A stretch of DNA of 64,000 bases from an uncultured virus (IMG/VR IMGVR_UViG_3300032038_000026) (Duplodnaviria > Heunggongvirae > Uroviricota > Caudoviricetes), in IMG/VR virus record IMGVR_UViG_3300032038_000026. The stretch is one strand, 5' to 3'. The notes beneath the pieces are model-generated. The model had not been told where the DNA came from, ran no database searches, and saw only the letters and a list, made by a program, of their open reading frames with translations. The position numbers were made by a program, and so were the translations under genes. This document shows positions 1 through 10,700 of this stretch, one piece after another. How positions within the stretch are numbered: the first letter of the stretch is position 1; every line of letters starts with the position of its first letter.

Positions 1-2
1 TG

Positions 3-1031
3 ATTTTTACTGCTATATATGAAGAAGCAAATGATATTATTGGTAAAAGTCAATCTATGGAATTGTATCCACCTTCTTTAAAATATCATGAAGCTATTGT
101 CCATAATAAGCGTTATATTGTTTTTGATGATGGTTGTTTTTTAGGGCTTCAAGTATTAGGTGACAAAGTTGAACCTTGCTTTGAAGGAGCTTCATTTTAT
201 ACTTTATAGAGTACAATAGAATATACTATTAATTAGATAAAAAAATACGGAGGTACTAAAATGCCTAAAATTAATTTCAAACTCTCTGATGATGCTAAGT
301 TTAGCGCATTATGGGCTTTACTAAATCCAGAGTTTAATGAAGAAGGCAACTGGACCATTAGTTATGGTATCTCAGCCGTTTATGATGATTATGCTTTAGC
401 GGTTAATTATGAAACTGGTGAGATGAACCGTGTTTACTATTCTAAGAACGATGAGAATGATATGGTTGAACTTGGCGATATTGTTAAGTGCTATATCGTT
501 GATGTAACCGAAAGTGAGAAGTCTACTCTTGATACACTTCGTTCTTTAAATGGTAATACTTATGAGTTAGTTAGTGATGTATTAACTAATGCTCAAGAGA
601 ATTTTGAAAAAGTTTCAGAATTTTCTACCAAAATTGAAGAGTTGAATGAAACTGTTTCTACTTTAACTACAGAGAGAGATAATGCTAATGCATCAATTGG
701 TGAGTATACAACTCAGCTTGAGACTGCAAATGGCACAATCAATTCTTTAAATGAAGAATTAAATACTTTAAAAGAGTTTAAACTCAATATTGAGACTAAA
801 CAAAAAGAAGCCGTTATTGATGAGTATACTGAGAATCTATCTGAGGAAATCATTGAGTCTTATCGTGCCAAGATTTCTGAATATAGTGTTGAAGAACTTG
901 ATATGCGGCTGGCTTACGAGTTAAAGAAAACTAATTCTTCTATTTTCACTAAGAATAGTGATGAGGGAATTGTCCCCAAAGATACTCAAACTGATGGAAT
1001 AACCGCCATCTTATCAAAATATAAAAAGTAA
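3..1031 (+). CDS. Prohead protease C-terminal part (5' truncated by window) continuing in frame into coiled-coil scaffold protein; internal start at 261
   Basis: Frame from position 3 reads ...GKSQSMELYP...GLQVLGDKVEPCFEGASFY, typical of phage prohead proteases. It runs through two TAGs into the 261 ORF (acidic coiled coil). GGAGG precedes ATG 261. Lies directly upstream of the capsid genes. Confidence 0.7.
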
Positions 1032-1047
1032 TTAGGAGGCTATTTAA

Positions 1048-1608
1048 ATGGCTAGAATGGTTATTGATGGTTTCGGCCAAGTTGAACTTAATAACGTAGC
1101 ATTCCGTCGTGATGGCCGCATTGAGGCTCAGTGCGCTCTTGATACTGCTGCTTTTACTAGTAATGTTCCATGTGAAAATGGTATGATTCTTCGCGTTAAG
1201 AAAGCAGAGCACAAGATCACTTTCGCAGATGCTTCCGCCGCAAACCAACTTTATGCTTTAAATTATACTACTGAGCATATGTATGATGAGCGCAAACCTG
1301 GTCTGAAGAATTTCAGCCTGTCTGCTCAAAAGAATGAAAAGGGTCAGGATTTTTATCCTCGCGTAGGTTATCTTGCTGCTGGCGACCTTTGGACTACTAA
1401 CTGCATTGATCTTGGCACCTATGCCAATACTTCTGCTGTTCAATCTGCTCTTGCCTCTGGTACTGCTGTTTATGCTGCCGTTGGCACTAAGGGAGCTGTT
1501 GTTCTTGGTTCCGCTGCTCCTACTGTTGGACCTGTGATTCAAGTTATCAAAAAGACTACAATGCCTGATGGACAAGAAGCTTTCCAACTTCAAGTTCTTT
1601 CAGTTTAA
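1048..1608 (+). CDS. Capsid decoration/cement protein (putative)
   Basis: Between scaffold and major capsid gene; strong AGGAGG RBS; highly biased codon usage; no TAG. Confidence 0.6.
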   Translation: MARMVIDGFGQVELNNVAFRRDGRIEAQCALDTAAFTSNVPCENGMILRVKKAEHKITFADASAANQLYALNYTTEHMYDERKPGLKNFSLSAQKNEKGQDFYPRVGYLAAGDLWTTNCIDLGTYANTSAVQSALASGTAVYAAVGTKGAVVLGSAAPTVGPVIQVIKKTTMPDGQEAFQLQVLSV

Positions 1609-1627
1609 TTTAGGAGGGTAAATTATT

Positions 1628-2665
1628 ATGACACTCAATGAATTAAGAGAACTTGCCCTTCATGCCGTTAAGGGTACTGCTCCAGATACCTTTAGTGTTG
1701 AGAATGTTAATGACGCTTTCGCTGATGGTTTAAAGGAGTTTGCTGGTAGTTACAACCAGTTTATGAAGAATCGTTACGATCTGTATGATATTATCATTCA
1801 GTCCATCGACGAGATTCTTCCTCGTGATGTTATGGCCGCTATTGGCCAGTTTGCTGAAATTCAAACTGTTGCTCAAGGCCAAAAAGCTATGTTCCGTAAA
1901 AAGCTCGGCCGCGCCCGTGCTAAGAAATTCCTTACTCAGGTTGGTCTGAGTGGTGTTTATGAGACATTCCGTCTCGATAGTGAAACCTTTGAGCTTGGCG
2001 CTCATGCTATTGGCGGCGGAGCTACTATCGACTTCGAGCGTATGCTTGATGGTGCTGAGTCTCTGGCAGAAGTTGTTGGTATTGTGACCGAAGGTCTGAC
2101 CAATGCTGTATATGTTGAGGTTCAAAAGGCTCTTGTTGCTGCTTATGCAGATATGCCTGCTACCAACCGTTATGCTGGTGCTTGGAACGCTGAGGAAATG
2201 GTTAAGCTGATGAATATTATCCGTGCTTACGGTCAGCCTGTTATTTTTGCTTGCCCTGAATTCATCGCTGCTATGGGTCCTGACGCTATCGTTCCTGTGT
2301 CTACCGGTACTGGTCAAGGTGTTTATAGCCCCAAGGATATTGAAGCTATCCATGATACTGGCTTTATTAAAGTGTTCCGTGGCGCTACTGTTGTTGAAAT
2401 TCCTCAATCCTTTGTTGATGAAAACAACGTTGAGACTTACGTGAATCCTCGTTTCGCTTACGTCATGCCTGGCGGAGCAGAGAAGGTTGTTAAGGTTGTT
2501 CTTGAAGGCCAGACTCAGATTCGTGACCATGAGAACAAAGATAACTCCATGGAAGTTTATGCATGGAAAAAGATGGGATGCGCTATCCTGCATCACAATA
2601 ACTGGGCTATTTATGAGAACACTTCTCTCACTGATACCTCAGCTAAGGACATCTACGGTTTCTAA
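1628..2665 (+). CDS. Major capsid protein
   Basis: 345 aa; position after protease/scaffold/decoration; AGGAGG RBS; high-expression codon bias; followed by terminator. Confidence 0.8.
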   Translation: MTLNELRELALHAVKGTAPDTFSVENVNDAFADGLKEFAGSYNQFMKNRYDLYDIIIQSIDEILPRDVMAAIGQFAEIQTVAQGQKAMFRKKLGRARAKKFLTQVGLSGVYETFRLDSETFELGAHAIGGGATIDFERMLDGAESLAEVVGIVTEGLTNAVYVEVQKALVAAYADMPATNRYAGAWNAEEMVKLMNIIRAYGQPVIFACPEFIAAMGPDAIVPVSTGTGQGVYSPKDIEAIHDTGFIKVFRGATVVEIPQSFVDENNVETYVNPRFAYVMPGGAEKVVKVVLEGQTQIRDHENKDNSMEVYAWKKMGCAILHHNNWAIYENTSLTDTSAKDIYGF

Positions 2666-2680
2666 TATAAACTAATATAA

Positions 2681-2710
2681 GGGGAAGGGATAATTCCCTT
2701 CCCTGTTTTA
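2681..2710 (+). terminator. Intrinsic terminator after capsid gene
   Basis: GGGAAGGGA-taat-TCCCTTCCC stem followed by TGTTTT. Confidence 0.75.
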
Positions 2711-2748
2711 AAATACGCGCAAAGCGCAGGAGTAAAAGGAGAATAGTT

Positions 2749-3228
2749 ATGTCAGATAAAGTAAAAGTTATTAGTCAATATGATGGTCGTTGCGGTATTG
2801 ATAATTCAGACCTTCGTATTTCACGTCGTTGGCCCGCACGTGGTTCACATGTAATGTTTGATAAAGAAGTTCTTGAAGAACTTATGTATGACCAGGCTTT
2901 TAGGAATATGATTGAAGAAGGTTATCTTTATATTGAAGATATGGGTGTTAAGAAAGAGCTTGGTATTGAGAAAGAAGATGCAACTATACCTGCAATTATT
3001 TATTTAAGTGATAAAGAATTAGAGCGTTTTTGGAAGATTATGCCGTTAACGCAATTCAAAGTTGAAGTTAAAAAGTTAACTAAAGTTCAACTTGATAGTC
3101 TTGCAGATTATGCAATTAGACATGGTGATGATGGCTCTATTCAAAAAGCAAATTATCTAACTGAGATTAGCGGTCGTAATATTCTTAAGGGGATTGAATT
3201 TTAGAAACAAATTGCTAAGGAGGGATAA
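2749..3228 (+). CDS. Hypothetical head-module protein (TAG read-through at 3202)
   Basis: ORF extends through one TAG to TAA 3226-3228, 3 nt before the next ATG. Confidence 0.65.
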
Positions 3229-3231
3229 TAA

Positions 3232-3684
3232 ATGACTGACTTACAAGTAGTTTATGATGCTTTCTTAGGTAAAATGTTAGATGACGAATGGGGCGTGTGG
3301 GAAGAAGAAGACATGCAAGAAGATTGGAAGTCTATCTTACACGGCGCACTCCCATGGTTTAAATTCCCACGCGTTTCTCTTGAAATTATTACCGATGAAG
3401 AAACTGGCGAAGAAAAGTTCGAAGAAGATTTAAATAACGAAGAAATTTAGATTTTAGCTACTTATATGAAATGTGAGTGGTTGAATCGTACTATACTAAC
3501 TTGGGAGAATGTAAAACCTCTTTATGATGAAAGAGATTTTTCATAGGCAAATTTAATTGATAAGTTTAATTAGATGTTAGTATAGGAAAAGAAAAATGCA
3601 GCTAAATTAGAGGCTGTATATTATAGATCTATAAAGAGGAAGCCTTTTGATTATACTCAAATGGCGACTGCAATAGATGGCTGA
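3232..3684 (+). CDS. Putative head-tail adaptor/connector (4 TAG=Q)
   Basis: Read-through gives ...EEIQILATYMKCEW...DFSQANLIDK...; TGA stop overlaps start of next gene; neck-module position. Confidence 0.6.
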
Positions 3685-3931
3685 AGTATTAGAAGGATAT
3701 AATAATAATTTAAAAAATCGTTTATTTGGTTTACTTTGTGAATATGAAAAAGGCCGTGAATGGCAAAAGTTTTTAGATTCGATTTTAATTGAATTAATGT
3801 CATATCCAGAGGACTATAAAACGATAAATTATTATAGATTATATACAAAAGTTTCTTCACTTCGTTATTTAAGTTATGAATATTTTAGAAGTACGGTCTT
3901 TGACTGTATGAGCTTATTATCAAAATTATGA
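3677..3931 (+). CDS. Hypothetical protein (neck module)
   Basis: 84 aa, overlaps neighbours at both ends (ATGA with next gene). Confidence 0.6.
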   Translation: MAEVLEGYNNNLKNRLFGLLCEYEKGREWQKFLDSILIELMSYPEDYKTINYYRLYTKVSSLRYLSYEYFRSTVFDCMSLLSKL

Positions 3932-4650
3932 GTTATTTTGATATTTATAAAATGCGGCTTAACCGCTTCGGTAATGATTATTAGTCTCGCATTCAAGGGG
4001 AACGAGAACATCTGTTTGACCTTTATTTATTAAAATCTATTTATAGAGTAGATTTTATATATGAAGGGAAACATTATGCTGGTAGTTTAGAAAAAAATAA
4101 ACAAGATAATAGCGAAACAAGACAATATTTATTAACTGATATAAATTTAAATATTCCAAATGGAACTGTTCTAATGATTCCTAATAAAGATAATATTGAA
4201 GTTCCGTGGATGATTTATTATCTTGAAAATATAAAAGCTAGTGGGTATAATAGATATATTGTGTTGAAGATGACGCATTTACTGCGTTGGACCGCGCGCG
4301 ATGGGTCAGAGCAAGAATCGTATGCTTATATGTATGGGCAAGAAGATAATATGCTTAAGAATGAGATTCGTTCACGTTCGCGCATGGATACAATATATGA
4401 AGAAAACTTAAAACTTAGCTTCTTTGTTATGCCTACAAATGGTAATTTAAAAATTGATGATTATTTTATTATTGGTGAAAAACCACTTCAAGAATATTAT
4501 CGTGTAACTGGTTTTGATATATAGTCTACTCCAGGTGTCGAATTTGTAAGTGTTGACCCTATTTATGAATTTGATTTAACACCACCACCAGAAAAACAAT
4601 AGGAAGATGATTCAGAAGATTATTTCTGGTTTAATGGAGGTCAAGAGTAA
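3928..4650 (+). CDS. Putative head-closure/neck protein (TAG read-through)
   Basis: ATGA overlap at start, TAATG overlap at end; includes the 4174 fragment in frame. Confidence 0.6.
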
Positions 4651-5147
4651 TGGCTAATGGCACTAGAAATTTAAAAGATTTAGGACCTAATTTACAAAAG
4701 ATAGTTTCTCGTTTATAGAGTAATCAAAATTTATTAAAACTTCTTTATTACACTGATAAAGACCCATTAAATAAAGAAGATTTAACTTCTGAGCAAATTA
4801 AAAACAATGTTTATGAACAATTAATAAAAGTTATTCCAAGAATTGGTAATAAAGAAACCGCACAAAGTATGGTAACTATGCGTGTGGTGCGCGGTCGTAG
4901 TAATCCAGGTAATGAAGAATTTAGAGATTTTGAAATTGCTATTGAAGTTTTTGTACCATTAACACAATGGTTTATAAAGGATTCAAATTTGCGGCCATTT
5001 GCTATAATGGGAGAAATTCATAAGTCTTTAAATAATAAAACTATCAATGGTCTTGGTAAAATGTCTGGCGGAGATTTTTAGATTAATTTTTTAACTGATG
5101 AAATATGCAGTTATGAAATGGTATATTATATAACTTCTTATGATTGA
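4650..5147 (+). CDS. Putative tail terminator/neck protein (TAG read-through)
   Basis: GGAGG RBS, TAATG coupling; includes the 4869 fragment; ends TGA overlapping next ATG. Confidence 0.55.
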
Positions 5148-5883
5148 TAGTTATTCTTTTTTAAGTATTCCTTTTCAATTTTAGAATGTTTGTAAAATCT
5201 ATCCGCCGAAAATAAAAGAAATTTTATCTGAATCTAATTATCCAGTTTATAAAAAACTTTTCTTTAGTAGTCAAGAAGATATTGAAGATGAATTTACTGA
5301 ATAGAAAATACCAATAGAGTCTATTCCAACTCCTTTTGAATATTTATTTGAATTAGCTAAAGATTAGCGTATAAAAAAAATTATTCTTGATGGATTAGAG
5401 TTTTTTATTAAAGAACCAGTAGTTCTATTATTAGATCAAAAATTAATTATTATTGGTGATTTAAAAGAGACTCTTCCGAAGGTTAAATCTGTTGAAGATT
5501 TACGAATGATAAATAAAGATAATTATTTTGATTTTCAAAATGCTCTGCGGCGCGCGGTTGGTGAGAAAGAAGCTGAGCCATATAATCCAAATGAGAATCC
5601 AAAAGTAAAGTATTTTAAAGCAAAAGCTCGTTTACGCGATAGAGTAAAAGCAAAATCTAAAAATTCACTTACTTTAGGAGCCACTTTGGCATCAATTTGT
5701 TGTATGGGTATTGGAATAACTCCACTTAATGTCGGAGAGTTAAGCTAGGCCGCCATATCAGTTATTATGAGATACTATCAAGAGAAATAGAAATATGATA
5801 TTGATATATAGTCTTTAATTGCTGGTGCGGATAGCAAAAAAGTTAAACCGCAATTTTGGATTAGAAATATTGAAGATTTATAA
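5140..5883 (+). CDS. Tail-module hypothetical protein, possibly tail assembly chaperone (TAG read-through)
   Basis: Continuous frame with TAG=Q including the 5506 fragment; ends TAA 18 nt before tail tube gene. Confidence 0.55.
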
Positions 5884-5901
5884 TATAGGAGGTCATTTTA
5901 A

Positions 5902-6816
5902 ATGGCTAGTATTCTAGATCGTTACGGCATTAAAGAAGTTGCCGACGTAACATTCTATAAGATTAATTCTGATGGTACTCCTGGTGCTCCTGTACTATTT
6001 CTTGATACTCTTAAGGTATCTACAATCGAGCAAACTGCTGAGCAAGTTGACGCTCGTGGTGGTAAAGGTAACCCCAAACTGATTACTTGGGACTATGGTA
6101 AGGAGATCACTCTTACTCTTGAAGACGCTCTGTTTAGTCCTAAGTCTATGGCTATTATGCTTGGTGACGGTAATGTTGCCCAGGGTGCTGGTGGTTATAT
6201 TCGTAAAACTGCTGTGGCACGTCTTGGCGCCGCTGCTGAAGGCAAAATTAAATTAGTTAATGATTATATTACTGTTGACGTGTATGATGCTACTGAAGGT
6301 AGCAAGCGTGTAAAGCTATACTTAGGTGCTAATGCAACTGCTCCTGTTGGCGAAGTAAAAATTAATGGTCAGCTTGCCTTTTCTGTTACTGGTGAAGCCT
6401 CAAAGTTATATGATGAGGATGGTACTGTTCTTGATGAAGCTTTCACTGAATCTGATCTGAAAGATCTTTACACTACTGGTCTTACTGTTTCTACCGGTAA
6501 GAATCTTGATGGCCATAAAGTTATGTTTACCTACTGGGTAAAAGCTACTACAAAGACCATTACTGTTTCTGGCGACACCTTCCCAGGTACATATTATGTC
6601 CAAGGCGATACTTATTCTCGTTCTGACGTTGATGGTCGTGACCAGTTCTTCCAGTTCATCGTTCCTAAGGCTAAGTTAACTGCTGAGCAAACCATTACTC
6701 TTGAAGCCGAAGGCGATCCTTCAACCTTTAATATGAACCTGACTGTTCTTCGTCCAGAATCTGGCGAAATGATGAAGTTAGTGCAATATGACCTTGAGGA
6801 TCCTTCTGCAGGTTAA
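5902..6816 (+). CDS. Major tail tube protein
   Basis: 304 aa, ARGGKGN motif, strong RBS, high-expression codon bias, upstream of tape measure, no TAG. Confidence 0.75.
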   Translation: MASILDRYGIKEVADVTFYKINSDGTPGAPVLFLDTLKVSTIEQTAEQVDARGGKGNPKLITWDYGKEITLTLEDALFSPKSMAIMLGDGNVAQGAGGYIRKTAVARLGAAAEGKIKLVNDYITVDVYDATEGSKRVKLYLGANATAPVGEVKINGQLAFSVTGEASKLYDEDGTVLDEAFTESDLKDLYTTGLTVSTGKNLDGHKVMFTYWVKATTKTITVSGDTFPGTYYVQGDTYSRSDVDGRDQFFQFIVPKAKLTAEQTITLEAEGDPSTFNMNLTVLRPESGEMMKLVQYDLEDPSAG

Positions 6817-6832
6817 TTGAATTAATTATAAA

Positions 6833-6869
6833 TGGCGGAGGAAGGAAACTTCCTTCGCTATTTTATTTT
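6833..6869 (+). terminator. Intrinsic terminator
   Basis: TGGCGGAGGAAGG-aaa-CTTCCTTCGCTA stem followed by TTTTATTTT. Confidence 0.7.
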
Positions 6870-6881
6870 GGAGGTAAAGGT

Positions 6882-7661
6882 ATGGATATAGGTTCTTTTA
6901 AAGTTTTAGAGAATGTGCATTTAAAAGCTACTTATGATATAGAAGTAAATGGAATTAAATTTAATACTGGAGAAAGCATCGCTGTTTTTGATAAAATTTA
7001 GTTAAGTAATTTTAATGAAATTAAAGAATATGTTGCCGCGCGCGGCGGTTATGATAATAGAGGGCACGTTTTTTGGGAAACTACAAAATCAATGCGGTTT
7101 TCTTTTACTTAGGGAGTTTTTTCAAAAACTTAGTTTGGATTATTAAATAATGCAAAAGTTATATCTGTTTCAAACGAAGAGCCATTATTAATTACTTATG
7201 ATGATGAACTTGAAAGTGATGAAATTGGTATTTTACGGCCAACCAAAACTCCAGTTGATTAGATTTTTGTATATGATAAAGAAAGTGGAGAAAAAATAAA
7301 AGTTGAACCGTCTGGTATTCATTTTAAAATAAAAGAGCCATATAAAGATGTAATTATGCGTTATAGATATAATTACGAAGATGGCGCAACTATAGCAAAA
7401 ATTGGGTAGCAATTTTTATAGGGATTTTTAGAGTTAGAAGGGAGAACGAGATTAAAGGACGATACGTCTGGACTTATTACTACAGGAATTATTAAGATTC
7501 CAAGACTAAAATTAATGTCTGGCTTATCTATGAGATTGGGTGCATAGGCAAATCCGGTAGCTGGGAATTTTAATGCGGAAGGTGTGCCCACTGATTCAAG
7601 AAGAAATAGTTATGTAATGGAAATGTATTTCTTGAATAATGATATAGATAGTGATATGTAA
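6882..7661 (+). CDS. Second tail-tube-like protein (TAG read-through; absent from ORF track)
   Basis: GGAGG RBS; 259 aa with TAG=Q; VAARGGYDN...W...GVFSK aligns by eye with VDARGGKGN...W...ALFSP of 5902. Confidence 0.65.
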
Positions 7662-7666
7662 AATTG

Positions 7667-7702
7667 TCAGCATTAGTTTTAGCTAATGCTGATTTTATTT
7701 TA
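7667..7702 (+). terminator. Intrinsic terminator
   Basis: TCAGCATTAGT...GCTAATGCTGA inverted repeat followed by TTTTATTTT. Confidence 0.65.
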
Positions 7703-7715
7703 TGAGGTGTAAAGA

Positions 7716-10700
7716 ATGGCAGGATAGAAATTTACCTTAACATTTGATGCTAACTTAAATGTTAGCCAAATGAAAGGCGCACTAGGGCAAATTTAGAGTA
7801 CGCTTAATGGATTACATTTACCATAGAATGTAACAAAAGAATTACAAGGTACTTTTGATAAATTACAAAAAGAAATTTAGGCTTTTGAGGTTGCAGCTAG
7901 TAAAGATATAACTAGTAAAACCGATTTTAAAAAATTAGAAACTTAGGCTGCAAAAGTTACAGATGCTTTTGAAAAGTTAAAAATTTAGGTTCGAGATTTA
8001 GCAAAGCTTAATGCTAAAGATTTAGAAAAACTATTTCCTCAAAAAATTACTTAGAATATTTAGGATGCAACTAATGCTGTTAAATAGTATCAAGCCAATA
8101 TGGCTAGCACTACAAAAGAGATTAATAAAGCATAGACAGCAGTTAACAAATTAACAGCGGAAGCTGCTAAAATCTAGGGAAAATAGGTCCTAACAGGAGA
8201 TTAGTATAAATAGTTAACTGATAATTTAAAGACAGCAGAGCAAGAAGTTAATAATTTAGAAGATAAATTAAAGCAATTAAACTCTCAAGAAGAATAGATG
8301 AGAGGATCTTTAAGTTAGCCTAATAAAAGTAGCCGTTATAGACAATTAGTTTAGGATATAAAAGATGTTAATGATTAGTTAACTGTAGCAAGACAAAATG
8401 CAGAAAGACTAGCCAGTTAGAAAACTAATTCTACTACTTTTGAAAAACAAGCGAAAGATTTGGCTGATTTAAATGCCAAACTTGTTGAAGCTACTAATAA
8501 ATTAAATTAGTATAAATAGGATTTAGCTAATATACAAAGTACTAGTTAGGGCGGCGGTTTAAAATCTTTATTGGATGATATTGGCCGTTTAACCGGTATG
8601 GATATGTCTAAATTTTCTCAAGATACGAAAGGTGCGGCAGATGCAATTTAGGCATATTTAAATCAAGAACTACAAAAATTAAATAATAATTTACATACAG
8701 TAGAAAGTACTGTTAATGGAGCCGGTAAGCCATTTGAAGATTTAAGTCATAATGTTCGTGATTCTGGTGATGCTCTTGAATAGTTTAATACTTAGGCTAA
8801 AGAAATAGATTAGTTAAAATCTCGTATTCAATATTTCTTTGGCTTAAATAATGCTATAAATTTAGTAAAACGTACAATGCGCGAGGCTTATGATACTATC
8901 AAAGAACTTGATGCAGCTATGACTGAGACAGCAGTTGTAACTGATTTTTCAGTTGGTGATATGTGGGCTTAGCTTCCTGACTATACCAAACGCGCGAACG
9001 AACTTGGCGTCTCTACTAAAGCTGCGTATGAAGCCGCCACTCTTTATTATCAGCAAGGTTTAAAGACTAATGAAGTTATGGCAATGTCTAATGAGACATT
9101 AAAAATGGCTCGTATTGCTGGTCTTGATGCTGCTGTTGCAACTGACCGTATGACCAATGCTATTCGTGGTTTTAATATGGAAATTAATACTACGAATGCA
9201 TAGCGTATTGATGATGTATATTCAAGACTGGCCGCGATTTCTGCTTCTAATGTTGATGAGATTTCAACAGCTATGACTAAAGTTGCTTCTTTGGCTCATA
9301 GCGCAAATATGGAATTTGAAACAACCGCGGCTTTCTTAGCGCAGATTATTGAGACTACTCGTGAGTCTGCCGAAACTGCTGGTACTGCTTTAAAAACTGT
9401 TGTTGCAAGATTTTCAGAAGTCAAGAAATTAGTTAACGAAGGAGAATTAAGTGGTTCAGATGAAGAAGGAGAACTTATTGATGTTAATAAAGTTTCTTCT
9501 GCTCTTCGTGTTGCTGGAATTGATTTAAATAAATATTTCTTAGGCCAGGTTGGACTTGATGATATATTTATGGAATTAGCTTCTAAGTGGAATCAATTAA
9601 CTACTTTATAGCAGAGATATATTGCTACTTAGGCTGCTGGTTCTCGTTAGCAATCTCGTTTTATTGCATTAATGTCGGACTATGCTCGCACTTAGGAGCT
9701 AGTTGGTGAAGCATATAAAGCAAATGGAGCGGCCGCGAAATAGTTTGCTAAAACATAGGAGTCACTTGAATCTAAACTTGCTCGTTTAAAAAATGCTTGG
9801 AACGAGTTCGCTATGGGTATTCTTAATAGTGATCTTGTTAAAATTGGTGTTGACTTATTAACTAATATACTTAATGGTATTAATGCTCTTACTAGTGGTT
9901 TTGGACTACTTGATAAAGGCATTGGTGGAGTTATTAATAGCATTTCTAAACTCATACTTTTATTTGGTAGTTTAGGCGCGGGCAAAACATTACTTAGCGG
10001 TTTAACTGCTAGTATTTCCAATATCGGACTAACTGCGGCTGGTAAAGCTCCATTAGATATAGCAAAAGTGATGTCTACAGCTGCTGTTGGAACAAATGCT
10101 ACTGGTGCGTTAGCTGGACTTGCTGGACGTGGGAAAGGCGGCGCGTTACTTGCAGGATTTTTAAATCCATTTGCTGGTATAGGTAATATAGCAAAAGCTG
10201 GCTGGGGTGGTTTATAGCAACTTGGTGCAAAATCTGTAGCTGGATATGGCGGTATTTTTGGTAAGGCTGGTGCAAAATTATTTGGTAGTGGTTTATTAAC
10301 TGGTGTTGGTGAGACTGCAAGTTTTGGGTTAGCTGGTTTAACTAGTTTAATAACAACTCTTGGTGCTATCGCTGCTGCAGCCGGTACTGCATATATAGCA
10401 ATTAAAAAATTATATGATGCTTCTCCTGCTGGTCAAATTAAGATAGCTGAAAAATATGCCGCTTCACTATCAGAAGTAGCAGATGCGGCTCGTTCAAGTT
10501 AGAGAGAAATTGAATCTATTCAAGAAGAATATAATCGTCTTGAAGCAAATGTGCAATAGGCTACTACCGCGGAAGAAAAAACAGCAGCAATTAAATCTCG
10601 TACTGAATATATTTAGTCTTTACTTGAATAGAACTCTGCTTATGCTCAATATATAGATTAGTATCAAGTAAAGAATGGAGAGATTTTTCTTACTTTAGAT

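Noticed and set aside
1730..2596. 288-aa minus-strand ORF and similar antisense ORFs (1258, 25858, 39467, 42550)
   Set aside because: Shadows of strongly codon-biased genes on the opposite strand.
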